This document shows, in pieces, positions 27,574 to 37,535 of a stretch of 64,000 nucleotides of DNA. Origin of the DNA: Candidatus Latescibacterota bacterium (GTDB taxonomy: Bacteria > Latescibacterota > UBA2968); assembly GCA_965208125.1 (NCBI GenBank), contig OZ242320.1, forward strand, positions 96,001 through 160,000, written 5' to 3'. Each line of letters opens with the position of its first letter. Positions within the stretch are counted from its first letter, which is position 1. The notes below the pieces were generated by a model. That model saw only the letters and a program-made list of their open reading frames with translations, did no database searches and was not told the origin of the DNA. The position numbers and the translations under genes are program-made.

Positions 27574-28724
27574 TAAAACGCGTTGCCCTTCTCGGATCCA
27601 CAGGATCTATTGGCACAAACACGCTGCGTGTTCTGAATAGCCTACCCGACCGATTTGAACTGGTGAGTTTATGTGCCGGACGCAATGCCGAGTTGCTGTG
27701 TGAACAAGCCGAGCACTGGCGCCCTGAGCGCGTTTGTATTGCCCAGGGGGCAAAAGAGGTGCAGGCGCGTCTTGCCCCACTGGGCATTGAAGTGCTCGAA
27801 GGCAGCGCGGGCTTGCAGGACCTGTCTGTCGATCCCGATACCGACCTGATCATTAACGGCCTGGCAGCAGGCGTGGGGCTTCGACCTACGCTATCTGCTG
27901 TGCGCGCGGGCAAAGATGTGGCAATTGCCAATAAAGAGACACTGGTTGTCGCAGGGCATCTGGTAACTGCATGGGCCAAACAGACCGGCGCCACATTATT
28001 GCCGATCGATAGTGAGACAACGCCGCTGTGGCAATCGTTGCAAGAGACGAACCGAGACGAGGTCAAACGCATTTTACTGCCCGCCTCGGGCGGTCCTTTT
28101 TTTAATTATACGCAAAAGCAAATGGCGAGTGTTTCGCGCGACCAGGCACTCAATCATCCCACCTGGCAGATGGGACCCAAAATTACGATTGACTCCGCCA
28201 CATTGATGAATAAAGGCTTTGAAGTAATCGAAGCGCAATGGTTTCTCGATTTGCCGGTCTCGAAAATCGATGTGATTATTCATCGGCAGTCCATTGTGCA
28301 TTGTCTTATCGAATACGTGGATGGCGGCATGATGGCGCACCTGAGTACCCCCGATATGCAGTTGCCCATTCATCAGGCTCTGGTGCATCCTGAAAAGCTA
28401 CCCACACAGGTTGAACGCCTGGACCTGACACAGGTCGGCACATTGAGTTTTTTTCAGCCCGATACCAACCGATTTCCCTGTCTTCAATTGGCATATCAGG
28501 CCGTAGAACAGGGCGGAACTGCACCCGCTGTACTCAACGCTGCCAATGAAGTCGCCGTGTATGCTTTTCTCGATGGCCGCATCGGATTTCTCGATATCCC
28601 TCGTGTAATTGCACAAACCCTTGATGAACACGAGGCATCTGAAGATACCCTCGAGGCGATCTTTGACGCAGACCGCTGGGGGCGAGTCCGTGCAAATGAG
28701 CTGATTTGTTCACTTGAATCATAG
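27570..28724 (+). CDS. dxr: 1-deoxy-D-xylulose 5-phosphate reductoisomerase
   Basis: GSTGSIG, IANKE, ASGGPF, HPTWQMGPKITIDSATLMNKGFEVIEA, NAANE. Confidence 0.95.
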   Translation: MIKRVALLGSTGSIGTNTLRVLNSLPDRFELVSLCAGRNAELLCEQAEHWRPERVCIAQGAKEVQARLAPLGIEVLEGSAGLQDLSVDPDTDLIINGLAAGVGLRPTLSAVRAGKDVAIANKETLVVAGHLVTAWAKQTGATLLPIDSETTPLWQSLQETNRDEVKRILLPASGGPFFNYTQKQMASVSRDQALNHPTWQMGPKITIDSATLMNKGFEVIEAQWFLDLPVSKIDVIIHRQSIVHCLIEYVDGGMMAHLSTPDMQLPIHQALVHPEKLPTQVERLDLTQVGTLSFFQPDTNRFPCLQLAYQAVEQGGTAPAVLNAANEVAVYAFLDGRIGFLDIPRVIAQTLDEHEASEDTLEAIFDADRWGRVRANELICSLES

Positions 28725-28738
28725 AAACGAGGTTTCCC

Positions 28739-30064
28739 GTGATCGTCGATCTTCTCTACTTCTTATTTGTCTTAGGCGTACTGGTTTTTGTTCACGAACT
28801 CGGGCATTTTGTAGTGGCCAAAAAATCGGGCATCCGGGTTGAAACCTTTTCACTTGGCTTTCCACCCAAAGCGATAGGCGTGAAAATTGGCGAGACCGAA
28901 TACTGCCTTTCGTGGTTGCCATTGGGCGGCTATGTGAAGATGGCCGGCATGGAAGATTTTGGTCACGAAGAGCGCAAGGGTAAGCCATGGGAAGTTCAGG
29001 CGAAGCCGCGCTGGATACAAATGGCGGTGCTCATCGCTGGTCCGGCAATGAACTTTTTTCTGGGCTTTTTGCTATTGCTCATTCTGCGCTTGGCGGCGGG
29101 TGAATACGCATTTTTGGACGATTCACGCGTGGGTGAAGTTAAGACAGACTCGCCCTTCTATACAGCAGGGCTAAGGCCAGGAGACCGCATTTTAACCGTT
29201 GGAAATACGGCGGTAAATGACTGGGAAGAAATGGAAGATGCATTTCTCCTTCAGGCCGGTGACGTCGTGCCCGTTGAAATTGAACGAATACCCGCCTACC
29301 GATCAGACATGACCGAGCGATTGATGATTTCTGTCGATTTGACCTCGCTTCCCCGCGAAGGTCTGGGACTGGGATATTATATGACCACAGAAGTTGGAGC
29401 CGTGATGCCCGGAATGCCAGCCGCGGAAATTGGCCTGCAATCAGGCGATGTGATCACATCGGTCAATGGTGTCCCGGTGACGATGTGGTGGGAGATGAGT
29501 CGCGAGATATCTGCGAAACCCGGTGTGGAAATCTCATTGACCTGGCAGCGCAATGGCGAAGAGATAACGGCGCAGATTATTCCCGCTTCTCAAACTTTTA
29601 ATGGCGAGACCGTAGGGCGCATTGGAATTGATTGGGCTTCCAAACGCAATCCCATTCCCTTTTTTAAGGCCGTGCGCCGCAGTGCAACAGAAACCATCAA
29701 TTTGTCAACAGCCATTTTTGGATTTGTCAAACGCCTGGTCATAGGACAAGAATCCAGCAAGAATTTGGCTGGACCTGTTGGGATTTTCCATCTGGTGGGC
29801 CAAAGTGCTGAGCACGGTTTCTCCTCTCTGCTGTGGTTTATGGCCATGCTCAGCATTAACCTGGGCGTGCTCAACCTGTTGCCCATTCCCATGCTCGATG
29901 GCGGCCATCTCACCATTCTTGCGATTGAAAGCATTATACGCCGGGATTTATCTGCGCGACACAAAGCCTGGCTCCAACAAGCCGGATTTGCATTTTTGCT
30001 CTTCCTGATTATTTACGTAACCTTCAACGATATCGGGCGCATTTCCGGATGGTTTGGAAACTAA
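28739..30064 (+). CDS. rseP: RIP metalloprotease RseP (two PDZ domains)
   Basis: HELGH, PLGGYVKM, NLLPIPMLDGG. Confidence 0.95.
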   Translation: MIVDLLYFLFVLGVLVFVHELGHFVVAKKSGIRVETFSLGFPPKAIGVKIGETEYCLSWLPLGGYVKMAGMEDFGHEERKGKPWEVQAKPRWIQMAVLIAGPAMNFFLGFLLLLILRLAAGEYAFLDDSRVGEVKTDSPFYTAGLRPGDRILTVGNTAVNDWEEMEDAFLLQAGDVVPVEIERIPAYRSDMTERLMISVDLTSLPREGLGLGYYMTTEVGAVMPGMPAAEIGLQSGDVITSVNGVPVTMWWEMSREISAKPGVEISLTWQRNGEEITAQIIPASQTFNGETVGRIGIDWASKRNPIPFFKAVRRSATETINLSTAIFGFVKRLVIGQESSKNLAGPVGIFHLVGQSAEHGFSSLLWFMAMLSINLGVLNLLPIPMLDGGHLTILAIESIIRRDLSARHKAWLQQAGFAFLLFLIIYVTFNDIGRISGWFGN

Positions 30065-30086
30065 AGCTCTCCGCCACCTATTAGAT

Positions 30087-30119
30087 AAAATCCCCCGCAT
30101 TTTTTGTGGGGGATTTTTT
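30087..30119. terminator. Intrinsic terminator after rseP (possibly bidirectional)
   Basis: AAAATCCCC...GGGGATTTT followed by T-run. Confidence 0.7.
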
Positions 30120-30140
30120 ATTTGCAACCAGTTCCCAACC

Positions 30141-30168
30141 TCTCACGTTTTACGTCTCACTTCTCACC
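30141..30168 (-). repeat. Heptamer tandem repeat overlapping a stop codon
   Basis: tctcacg ttttacg tctcact tctcacc. Confidence 0.7.
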
Positions 30169-30498
30169 TTTCTTTTCCGTCTTTTGAAATGCCTTCATCT
30201 CACGCTCTGCAGCTTCTCCTAATCGCTGTTGAATTAGGGCAATGAGCGCATCCCATTTTTCGGGGTGATCCCGGCGGTCTTTGAGAAATTTCTCTATATC
30301 GGCTTGTGTAATGCCATGGCGTTTAAACAGCTCTTCTCGTTCCACCAGCAGCGAATCGGGCGCGTGTACATAACGGCGGTGAAGTTCCACCGCATCTGCA
30401 AATAGCTCGACAAATTTCTCATCCGATAGCTCTGGCGATGCAGCGGTCGCACAGCCAACCGCACTGAGCAAGAGACACCAGAGAAGCAGTTTTTTCAT
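30157..30498 (-). CDS. Small helical lipoprotein (DUF4296-like)
   Basis: MKKLLLWCLLLSAVGC lipobox; LFKRHGITQADIEKF pattern. Confidence 0.6.
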   Translation of the reverse strand: MKKLLLWCLLLSAVGCATAASPELSDEKFVELFADAVELHRRYVHAPDSLLVEREELFKRHGITQADIEKFLKDRRDHPEKWDALIALIQQRLGEAAEREMKAFQKTEKKGEK

Positions 30499-30604
30499 AA
30501 CAGAGTCCCAGGGGAAGAATCTCACAGCGGCCCTTTTACAATTCTCTCAAAAACGTCACAATGACGCATATATATAAATAACTTATTTTTTCTATATAAA
30601 ACAA

Positions 30605-30670
30605 TTGACTTTTGAAACACGAATTACTAATTTAACCCAGGTGGCATATTGTGGTGGATTGTGGTGGATC
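30605..30670 (+). promoter_or_regulatory. dcw promoter with MraZ-binding repeats
   Basis: TTGACT-N17-TAATTT, then three 10-bp-spaced GTGG boxes (gtggcatatt gtggtggatt gtggtggatc). Confidence 0.75.
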
Positions 30671-30727
30671 TTATTTTTTTATATATCACTTTGTAAAATA
30701 ACAATTTATCTCTGTCAGGCTTCTCAG

Positions 30728-31174
30728 ATGTCCGATAATTGTCCAGAGTTTTATGGCGACTTTGAAAATATCCCCATCGATACCAAGGGTCGCTTAATTG
30801 TTCCTGCAGCATTTCGGAACGCGTTGCCCAATGGCGTAAGCTCAATTATTGTCACGCAGTGGTTTGATGGCTGTTTGGCCGCGTTTGATCCCGATGGATG
30901 GCGGCGGATCATTGATCAACTCCGCAACATGGGACATTCGCAAGTCCAATCAAGACAATTAGTTAGAGCAATGGCAGGACGCGCATCTGAGGTGAAACTC
31001 GACCGCCAGGGGCGTGCATTGATTCCTCGAAAGCGTCTGGATTCAGTCGGTATTACAGATCGCGCAACGCTGGCAGGCGCCGTTGATTGTATTGAAATTT
31101 GGGATCCCGATAAGTATAACGAAGCTCAAAATGCCGTTAATATGGAAGAGATAGCAGAAGGATTAGAACGATAG
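30728..31174 (+). CDS. mraZ: Division/cell wall cluster repressor MraZ
   Basis: IDTKGRLIVP and LDRQGRALIP (two DxxGR motifs), IEIWD; ATG 30728. Confidence 0.93.
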   Translation: MSDNCPEFYGDFENIPIDTKGRLIVPAAFRNALPNGVSSIIVTQWFDGCLAAFDPDGWRRIIDQLRNMGHSQVQSRQLVRAMAGRASEVKLDRQGRALIPRKRLDSVGITDRATLAGAVDCIEIWDPDKYNEAQNAVNMEEIAEGLER

Positions 31175-31251
31175 GAAATATTCTAAAATAAGGAATAAAT
31201 ATTCAGAATAAATATTCGAATATACGACAACAAAACTAAAAACAATAAGTT

Positions 31252-32226
31252 ATGCATCGAAAAGCTCCAGAGTATCACATTCCGATCTTGGGGCTATATG
31301 TGTCAAAATGTCTCATAACCGATCCCAATGGAATTTATGTGGATGCGACTTTGGGTGGAGGTGGACACGCTGAAATAATGCTCAAACATCTGGGACCTGA
31401 TGGCAAATTGATCGGTATAGACCGCGACCCCAAAGCTATTGAAGTCGCGTCAAAACGCCTGATCCCGTTTAAAGATCGCGTGTATACTGTGCAAACACCG
31501 TTTTGGAACCTCCGACATATTTTGGCTGAACAGGGCCTCGCGACAATCACGGGCATTTTATTCGATCTGGGTCTTTCATCTCACCAGATTGACAATGCTG
31601 ACCGGGGATTCAGTTTTCAGCAACGCGGTATACTTGATATGCGTATGGGCCCCGATGCAAAATGCACGGCCCACGAGGTGGTCAATTCGTATTCGCAGGA
31701 AGATTTGACTCGCATCATCAAAACTTATGGCGAAGAACGCGCCGCAGCCCGCATTGCCCGCGCAATCTGTGAAAACAGACCTCTTAATTATACGGACGAC
31801 CTGGCCGATGTAATTGCGCGGTACAGCTATGGACCTCGAAAACAAAAAACGCTTGCGCGGGTATTTCAGGCGCTTCGCATTGAAGTGAACGATGAATTGG
31901 CACATCTTGAAGACGCGCTCCAAACAGCTATTGATCTGCTCAAACCCGGTGGGCGCATTGGCGTTTTGTCTTATCATTCGCTGGAACACCGCGCTGTCAA
32001 ACGGGTGTTTGAACTCGGCACGCGCGATTGTATTGGGCTTGTTGATCTGCCCATATGTGCCTGTGATCGCCTGCCCGTATTGACCTTGCCGGGAAAGCGG
32101 ACCATTCGACCAAATCGGGCGGAAATCGCCCAAAATCCACGGGCACGCAGCGCAACACTTCGCGTGGCGCAACGCCTCGGTGTTTCCGCTCAGCCCTGGT
32201 TATGCCATCAAGGATCTCTGTCGTGA
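31252..32226 (+). CDS. rsmH: 16S rRNA m4C1402 methyltransferase
   Basis: DATLGGGGH, DLGLSSHQID..RGFSF, LDMRM, FQALRIEVNDEL, YHSLE, NPRARSA. Confidence 0.96.
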   Translation: MHRKAPEYHIPILGLYVSKCLITDPNGIYVDATLGGGGHAEIMLKHLGPDGKLIGIDRDPKAIEVASKRLIPFKDRVYTVQTPFWNLRHILAEQGLATITGILFDLGLSSHQIDNADRGFSFQQRGILDMRMGPDAKCTAHEVVNSYSQEDLTRIIKTYGEERAAARIARAICENRPLNYTDDLADVIARYSYGPRKQKTLARVFQALRIEVNDELAHLEDALQTAIDLLKPGGRIGVLSYHSLEHRAVKRVFELGTRDCIGLVDLPICACDRLPVLTLPGKRTIRPNRAEIAQNPRARSATLRVAQRLGVSAQPWLCHQGSLS

Positions 32227-32516
32227 CTTCAGAACCGCGCCCGCCCTGGGGGATTTATCGCTCTGGTTTTTTATCGGTCATTCTCCTCGTTGCGGGATTG
32301 CTAATTTATATGTGGGGACATGTACAAACCCAGAGTCAGGGGCGTGAAATTGATCGCCTGCGTGCAGAGAAAAAAAACCTTTTGCACCAGCAAGAGCGCC
32401 TCCTGGCACGCACAGCGAGTTTGAAGCAGAGCAATCGCATCCGCGATATTGCCGTTCGAGAATTGGGCATGGTGTTTCCAAGTGATCCACCGAAAAATTT
32501 GTATTTGAGTCGATAA
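32223..32516 (+). CDS. ftsL: Cell division protein FtsL
   Basis: Single TM helix, coiled coil, RIRDIAVRELGM; between rsmH and ftsI; start uncertain (32202 or 32223). Confidence 0.8.
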   Translation: MTSEPRPPWGIYRSGFLSVILLVAGLLIYMWGHVQTQSQGREIDRLRAEKKNLLHQQERLLARTASLKQSNRIRDIAVRELGMVFPSDPPKNLYLSR

Positions 32517-34594
32517 TGAATATTCGCTTAAGAATAATCGCGCTTTTCGGTATGGGATTCGCGCTACTTTTGGCGTTTCGGCTGGTTTCTCTACAAGTCT
32601 GGTCAGTGGAGACATACGCAGATCAGGCGCGCAGTCAGCATGTCAAGAAGCGGGTTTTACTGGCAGAAAGAGGGCGCATTTTTGACCGACGCGGCCGGGT
32701 GCTGGCGACAAGTCTCGAATCCCAATCGTTCTTTCTCAATCAAATATCCGATCGAGATAGCCTGCGTGCGCTCGCCGTTCGGTTTTCTCGACAATCTGGG
32801 CACGATGAGGCAGCGCTTCTCGAAAAGGTAGATCGCTCGCGCTCCTTCGTGTGGCTGGCTCGTCAGGTCATCGATGCACCTACTGGATTGCCAGAAGGTA
32901 TCGGGCGCATTGTCGAGATGCGACGCAATTATCCCATGGGGACTCTGGCGGGTCAGGTATTGGGATATACCGATACCGATGGTTTGGGAATTGAAGGCAT
33001 TGAACGCGCTTTTGATCCAATCTTGAGGGGCGAACCAGGTGAGTTATCCGCACGCGTTGACGCGAGAGGTCAAATGCTCAGCACACTCGGCGCAGTTCGG
33101 CAGATGCCAAAAAATGGCGATGATATCACCCTCACCATCGATGCCGATTATCAGGCCATTGCAGAAGAAGAGTTGCTAAAAGGCATGCAGAAATTCAATG
33201 CTAAAAGCGGCATTGCCATCGTGATGGAACCTCATACAGGCGAAATTTTAGCACTGGCAAACGCGCCCTTTTACGATCCAAATGATTTTTCAAAATCAGA
33301 ACTCTGGATACGGCGCAATCGGGCAGTGACCGATCAGTTCGAGCCGGGATCGACCTTTAAGGTTGTGGCATTTGCCGCCGCGTTCGAAGCCGGTTTGGTT
33401 GAGCCGGAAGATAAAATTTTCTGTGAAAATGGCAGAATGCGTATCGCTGGTGGCAAAATACTTCGAGACTCACATCCCAGTGGCTGGCTGACCGTGCGAG
33501 AGGTGATGGAAGAATCGAGCAATATTGGCACGGCTAAAATTGCTCGTAAAGTGAAAAAAGGTCCCTTATATCGCCAGATGCGCTTATTTGGCTTTGGCGC
33601 CAAAACAGGCGTGGATTTGCCGGGCGAAGTCGGCGGTCAACTTCGCCATCCAGATAAATGGTCGGCACGATCATTGGAAACCCTTTCCATTGGGCAAGAG
33701 ATCGCAGTGACCACCCTCCAGGTCGCCGCTGCTTATAGCGCGATTGCCAATGGGGGACGATTGATGACGCCGCGTATTTTCTTAAGAGCTTCTCGCAAAG
33801 ATTCCACAACCGTCGAAGGATCGCGCAGACCAATTCGGCGGGTAATATCGCCCGAAACAGCGCGCACTCTTACCAGTTTCCTCGAAGGCGTTGTCAGTCA
33901 CGGCACCGGTAAAAATGCACGCATAGACGGTTTCCGTGTTGCGGGAAAAACCGGAACAGCGCAACAAGTGAAAGAAGGACAACGCGGATACGATCCCAAT
34001 CGCTATATTCCATCTTTTGTGGGTTTTTTGCCCGTCGAACGCCCCGAACTGTTGTGCCTGGTGGCCATAGATAGTCCTGAAAAGGTGCACTGGGCAAGTC
34101 TGGTTGCCGCGCCTGTGTTTAAACGTATTGTACAGCGAATTTTGAGTCTAAGGCAAACCCCTCTGCGCCACAGCGCCCCCCTGCTCGATGAACAGCCGCC
34201 TCCGCCTCCACGTGCCGATATTCATCTGGTGGGCCTTTCGCGGAAAGCTGCAACTGATGCTCTGAATCGTCTGGGAATGACCTATCAAATTGCAGGCGAA
34301 GGAGATCGCGTTGTTGGACAGCATATTGACATCGAGGAAAATAATGTCTCGTTGTTTTTGGCTTCTGCGCCAATCACGCCTCCCGATCACCGCACAGAGG
34401 CCAAAGGTTCAGACTCGCTTTACATGCCCGATGTGCGCGGAGCACCCGTGCGGCAGGCTGTTGCCCAATTGACACAGTTGGGGTTTCAGATCAAAATTTC
34501 GGGTAGTGGACGGGTGATCGCACAATCGCCCGAACCGGGTGTGGCCGTAAAACCGGGAACAGTATGCACGGTCGAATGCAAACGAGAAAGTTGA
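32516..34594 (+). CDS. ftsI: Class B penicillin-binding protein with PASTA domains
   Basis: RGRIFDRRG, EPGSTFK (SxxK), SSN, KTGTAQ; C-terminal MPDVRG PASTA. Confidence 0.92.
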   Translation: MNIRLRIIALFGMGFALLLAFRLVSLQVWSVETYADQARSQHVKKRVLLAERGRIFDRRGRVLATSLESQSFFLNQISDRDSLRALAVRFSRQSGHDEAALLEKVDRSRSFVWLARQVIDAPTGLPEGIGRIVEMRRNYPMGTLAGQVLGYTDTDGLGIEGIERAFDPILRGEPGELSARVDARGQMLSTLGAVRQMPKNGDDITLTIDADYQAIAEEELLKGMQKFNAKSGIAIVMEPHTGEILALANAPFYDPNDFSKSELWIRRNRAVTDQFEPGSTFKVVAFAAAFEAGLVEPEDKIFCENGRMRIAGGKILRDSHPSGWLTVREVMEESSNIGTAKIARKVKKGPLYRQMRLFGFGAKTGVDLPGEVGGQLRHPDKWSARSLETLSIGQEIAVTTLQVAAAYSAIANGGRLMTPRIFLRASRKDSTTVEGSRRPIRRVISPETARTLTSFLEGVVSHGTGKNARIDGFRVAGKTGTAQQVKEGQRGYDPNRYIPSFVGFLPVERPELLCLVAIDSPEKVHWASLVAAPVFKRIVQRILSLRQTPLRHSAPLLDEQPPPPPRADIHLVGLSRKAATDALNRLGMTYQIAGEGDRVVGQHIDIEENNVSLFLASAPITPPDHRTEAKGSDSLYMPDVRGAPVRQAVAQLTQLGFQIKISGSGRVIAQSPEPGVAVKPGTVCTVECKRES

Positions 34595-34597
34595 GAT

Positions 34598-36052
34598 ATG
34601 CGTCTGCAAGAATTGCTATCCGGCGTGCCAGATATCGTGAGGACGCGCGGAAATAATCCCGATATTGGCGGTATTGCAACCCATTCAGGACACGTCAAAG
34701 AAGGCGATATATTTGTCGCGCTCAGTGGCGATGGCGACATTGCAGATCGACATCCATTTATTTTTCAGGCGATTCGGGCAGGTGCTCGAGCTGTTGTTGC
34801 CGAACGCGATGTTGGCGTGGAAAATACGGCTTTTGTTCAAACGGCCAACACGCACCGCGCACTTGCACACATTGCCCATCGCTTTTACAACAAGCCGAGT
34901 AAGCAGTTGAAAATGATCGGTGTTACGGGCACCAATGGCAAAACCTCGACTGTTTATCTCATTCGCGCGATGCTCGATGCGGCTGGTTTTGCACCGGGTT
35001 TGATTGGAACTATTGAGCACGACCTCGGCACAACACGCGAAGTATCGCACAATTCTACGCCGCAGGGCCACGACTTACACCGCATGTTTCGCGCTATGGT
35101 CGATGCGGGATGTCGGTCAGCCGCGATGGAAGTGACCTCACACGGTCTGGCACAAAACCGCGTGTTGGGCATTGATTACGAAGTTGCGGTATTTACCAAC
35201 CTGACACGCGATCATCTGGATTACCACAACACGCCTGACGCCTATTTGGCTGCCAAGGCACGGCTCTTTGACAATCTCAGATCGGATGCTTATGCAGTCG
35301 TCAATACAGACGACGCGGCATCGAAAATATTGATGCAAAAATGTTCGGCGCACTTTTTGGGCTATGGATGCTCGGAAGATGCGGCAGTGCGCATTTTAGA
35401 AGGTAGCACTTCACAGGACGGTACGCGACTTTGCTTGCAAACACCGCATGGACAGATGGACCTGGAACTGGCACTGCGGGGCGATTTTCAGTTGTATAAT
35501 GCCACAGCGGCAGTCACTGCTGGCCTCGCATTGGAGATCGAACCTGACATCATCGCAGATGCTTTGCGCGAAATTCGGATTCCAGGTCGTTTTGAAGGCA
35601 TTGATTGCGGACAAGATTTTGGGGTATTTGTCGATTATGCACACGCCCCAGATGGACTAAAAAATGTGCTTCAAACCGCACGCGCATTTGCTCGTGGGCA
35701 ATTGATTTGCGTATTTGGTTGCGGCGGAGACCGAGATAAGGGCAAGCGACCTGTGATGGGCGACCTGTCCGCAAAGTTGGCCGATCTATCTGTGGTGACA
35801 TCAGATAATCCACGCACCGAAGATCCCGATGCCATCATTGCCGATATTTTGCCCGGCCTGGGCGATGCCCCGCACATCGTTGAACCCAATCGCCAGCGGG
35901 CAATTGAAAAAGCCATTGCAAAAGCGAGGGCAGGCGACCTCGTGCTCATTGCGGGTAAGGGGCACGAAAATTATCAGGAAATCAATGGGATAAAAACCCC
36001 TTTTGACGATCGGGAAGTTGCACGGGAAATACTCAAGTGCAAAGTGGGGTAA
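34598..36052 (+). CDS. murE: UDP-MurNAc-tripeptide synthetase (meso-DAP type)
   Basis: GVTGTNGKT, TNLTRDHLDYH, DYAH, DNPR, AGKGHE. Confidence 0.96.
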   Translation: MRLQELLSGVPDIVRTRGNNPDIGGIATHSGHVKEGDIFVALSGDGDIADRHPFIFQAIRAGARAVVAERDVGVENTAFVQTANTHRALAHIAHRFYNKPSKQLKMIGVTGTNGKTSTVYLIRAMLDAAGFAPGLIGTIEHDLGTTREVSHNSTPQGHDLHRMFRAMVDAGCRSAAMEVTSHGLAQNRVLGIDYEVAVFTNLTRDHLDYHNTPDAYLAAKARLFDNLRSDAYAVVNTDDAASKILMQKCSAHFLGYGCSEDAAVRILEGSTSQDGTRLCLQTPHGQMDLELALRGDFQLYNATAAVTAGLALEIEPDIIADALREIRIPGRFEGIDCGQDFGVFVDYAHAPDGLKNVLQTARAFARGQLICVFGCGGDRDKGKRPVMGDLSAKLADLSVVTSDNPRTEDPDAIIADILPGLGDAPHIVEPNRQRAIEKAIAKARAGDLVLIAGKGHENYQEINGIKTPFDDREVAREILKCKVG

Positions 36053-37434
36053 TGGGTTATATGGAAGGATTAACACTATCAGATGTAATTGAATCGACCC
36101 GTGGTCACTGGATTGGACAGAATGATCCTTCCTCTATTGTGCCAACAGGGGTCAGTATTGATACAAGGACGCTCAAACCAGGCGAAATTTTCTTTGCATT
36201 GTCCGGCGAAAAGGTCGATGGTCACCAATTTTTGGACGCTGCATTTGCCAGAGGGGCCTGTGCTGCAGTAGTCACGAAGTCTGGTGCTCGGGAATCGCGG
36301 CAATCAGAACTGTTGATCGTCGTCGATGCTCCCGATTTGGCCCTGGGCGATCTGGCGCGGTCTTATCGCAGGCGTTTCGATATTCCCGTTATTGGTATTA
36401 CGGGTAGCAGCGGCAAAACCACGACTAAAGATATGGTCGCCGCTGTTTTGAGCACGCGGTATCGGGTTTTGGCGACAAAGGGAAATCTCAATAATAGACT
36501 GGGGGTACCGCTCACCTTATTCAACCTGTCGGCACATTGCGATGTCGCAGTTATTGAAATGGGCATTAGCGAACGCGGTGAGATGCGCTATCTGTGCGAA
36601 ATTGTGCAACCAACCATCGGCATGATAACCAATATCGGACCAGCACATCTCGAGTTTTTCGGCTCTGTGGAGGGTGTGGCAAAAGCCAAAGGGGAACTTC
36701 TGGAATATCTAGACGAGTCTTCTATGACTATCTTGAATCTCGATGACCTGTTTTTGTCCAAGGAGATAGCAAAAGTTAAGGGGAGACTCCTGGGCATTGG
36801 CATCGAACGGATATGTCAATTTCGTGGGGAGGGACTCAAACTAGATCAGAAGGGCTTTGGTCATTTCTCTCTACAGGGCCATTCTTTTCACCTATCAATT
36901 CCGGGCAAGCACAATGTGTATAACGCGCTGATGGCCGCAACGGCAGGTTGGGCACTCAATGTGCCTCTACAAGATGCGGCACAAGCACTTGAAAATTTCA
37001 CGCTGACCAAACTGAGAAGTCAGGTACTGGAATACAATGGGATTCGTATGATCAACGACACTTACAACGCCAATCCCGCATCAATGCGGGCAGCGCTTGA
37101 GACCTTATCGCAAATCGAGGTGGATGGTCGGAGGATCGCAGTAGTGGGTGATATGCGCGAATTAGGAGCAATTACCCACGACGCACACCGGGCATTGGGG
37201 CACGATGTGGGCAATCGGCAAATTGACGCACTCTTCGCTTTGGGCGACCTGGCAGAGGTGGTCGTTGAAGGGGCGCGCGAAGCAGGTATAGATCAGGCGT
37301 GGGCCTATGCAGATCAGGATGTGTTAACCGGAGCATTGCAGGCTTATTTGAGACCTGGAGACTTGATGCTCATCAAGGGATCACGCGGCATTGCAATGGA
37401 AAGAATAGTTACAGCACTGGGATTTGAAATGTAG
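36052..37434 (+). CDS. murF: UDP-MurNAc-tripeptide:D-Ala-D-Ala ligase
   Basis: GITGSSGKTTTKD, GNLNNRLGVP, NDTYNANP, GDMRELG, KGSRG. Confidence 0.95.
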   Translation: MGYMEGLTLSDVIESTRGHWIGQNDPSSIVPTGVSIDTRTLKPGEIFFALSGEKVDGHQFLDAAFARGACAAVVTKSGARESRQSELLIVVDAPDLALGDLARSYRRRFDIPVIGITGSSGKTTTKDMVAAVLSTRYRVLATKGNLNNRLGVPLTLFNLSAHCDVAVIEMGISERGEMRYLCEIVQPTIGMITNIGPAHLEFFGSVEGVAKAKGELLEYLDESSMTILNLDDLFLSKEIAKVKGRLLGIGIERICQFRGEGLKLDQKGFGHFSLQGHSFHLSIPGKHNVYNALMAATAGWALNVPLQDAAQALENFTLTKLRSQVLEYNGIRMINDTYNANPASMRAALETLSQIEVDGRRIAVVGDMRELGAITHDAHRALGHDVGNRQIDALFALGDLAEVVVEGAREAGIDQAWAYADQDVLTGALQAYLRPGDLMLIKGSRGIAMERIVTALGFEM

Positions 37435-37440
37435 GACGAG

Positions 37441-37527
37441 TCAGCTATCGGCCATTAGCTCTCAGCCCACCCTTCCACCATCCCGGCTTAGATAGATAGG
37501 CTGACAGATCGCTGACTGCTGATGGTT
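37441..37527. repeat. Heptamer tandem-repeat hairpin (TCAGCNN)4...(GCTGANN)3
   Basis: tcagcta tcggcca ttagctc tcagccc ... gctgaca / gctgact gctgatg. Confidence 0.75.
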
Positions 37528-37535
37528 TTTACATT

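Noticed and set aside
30605-30727. N-terminal extension of MraZ in the ORF track
   Set aside because: The TTG is part of the -35 box and the region contains the MraZ operator repeats
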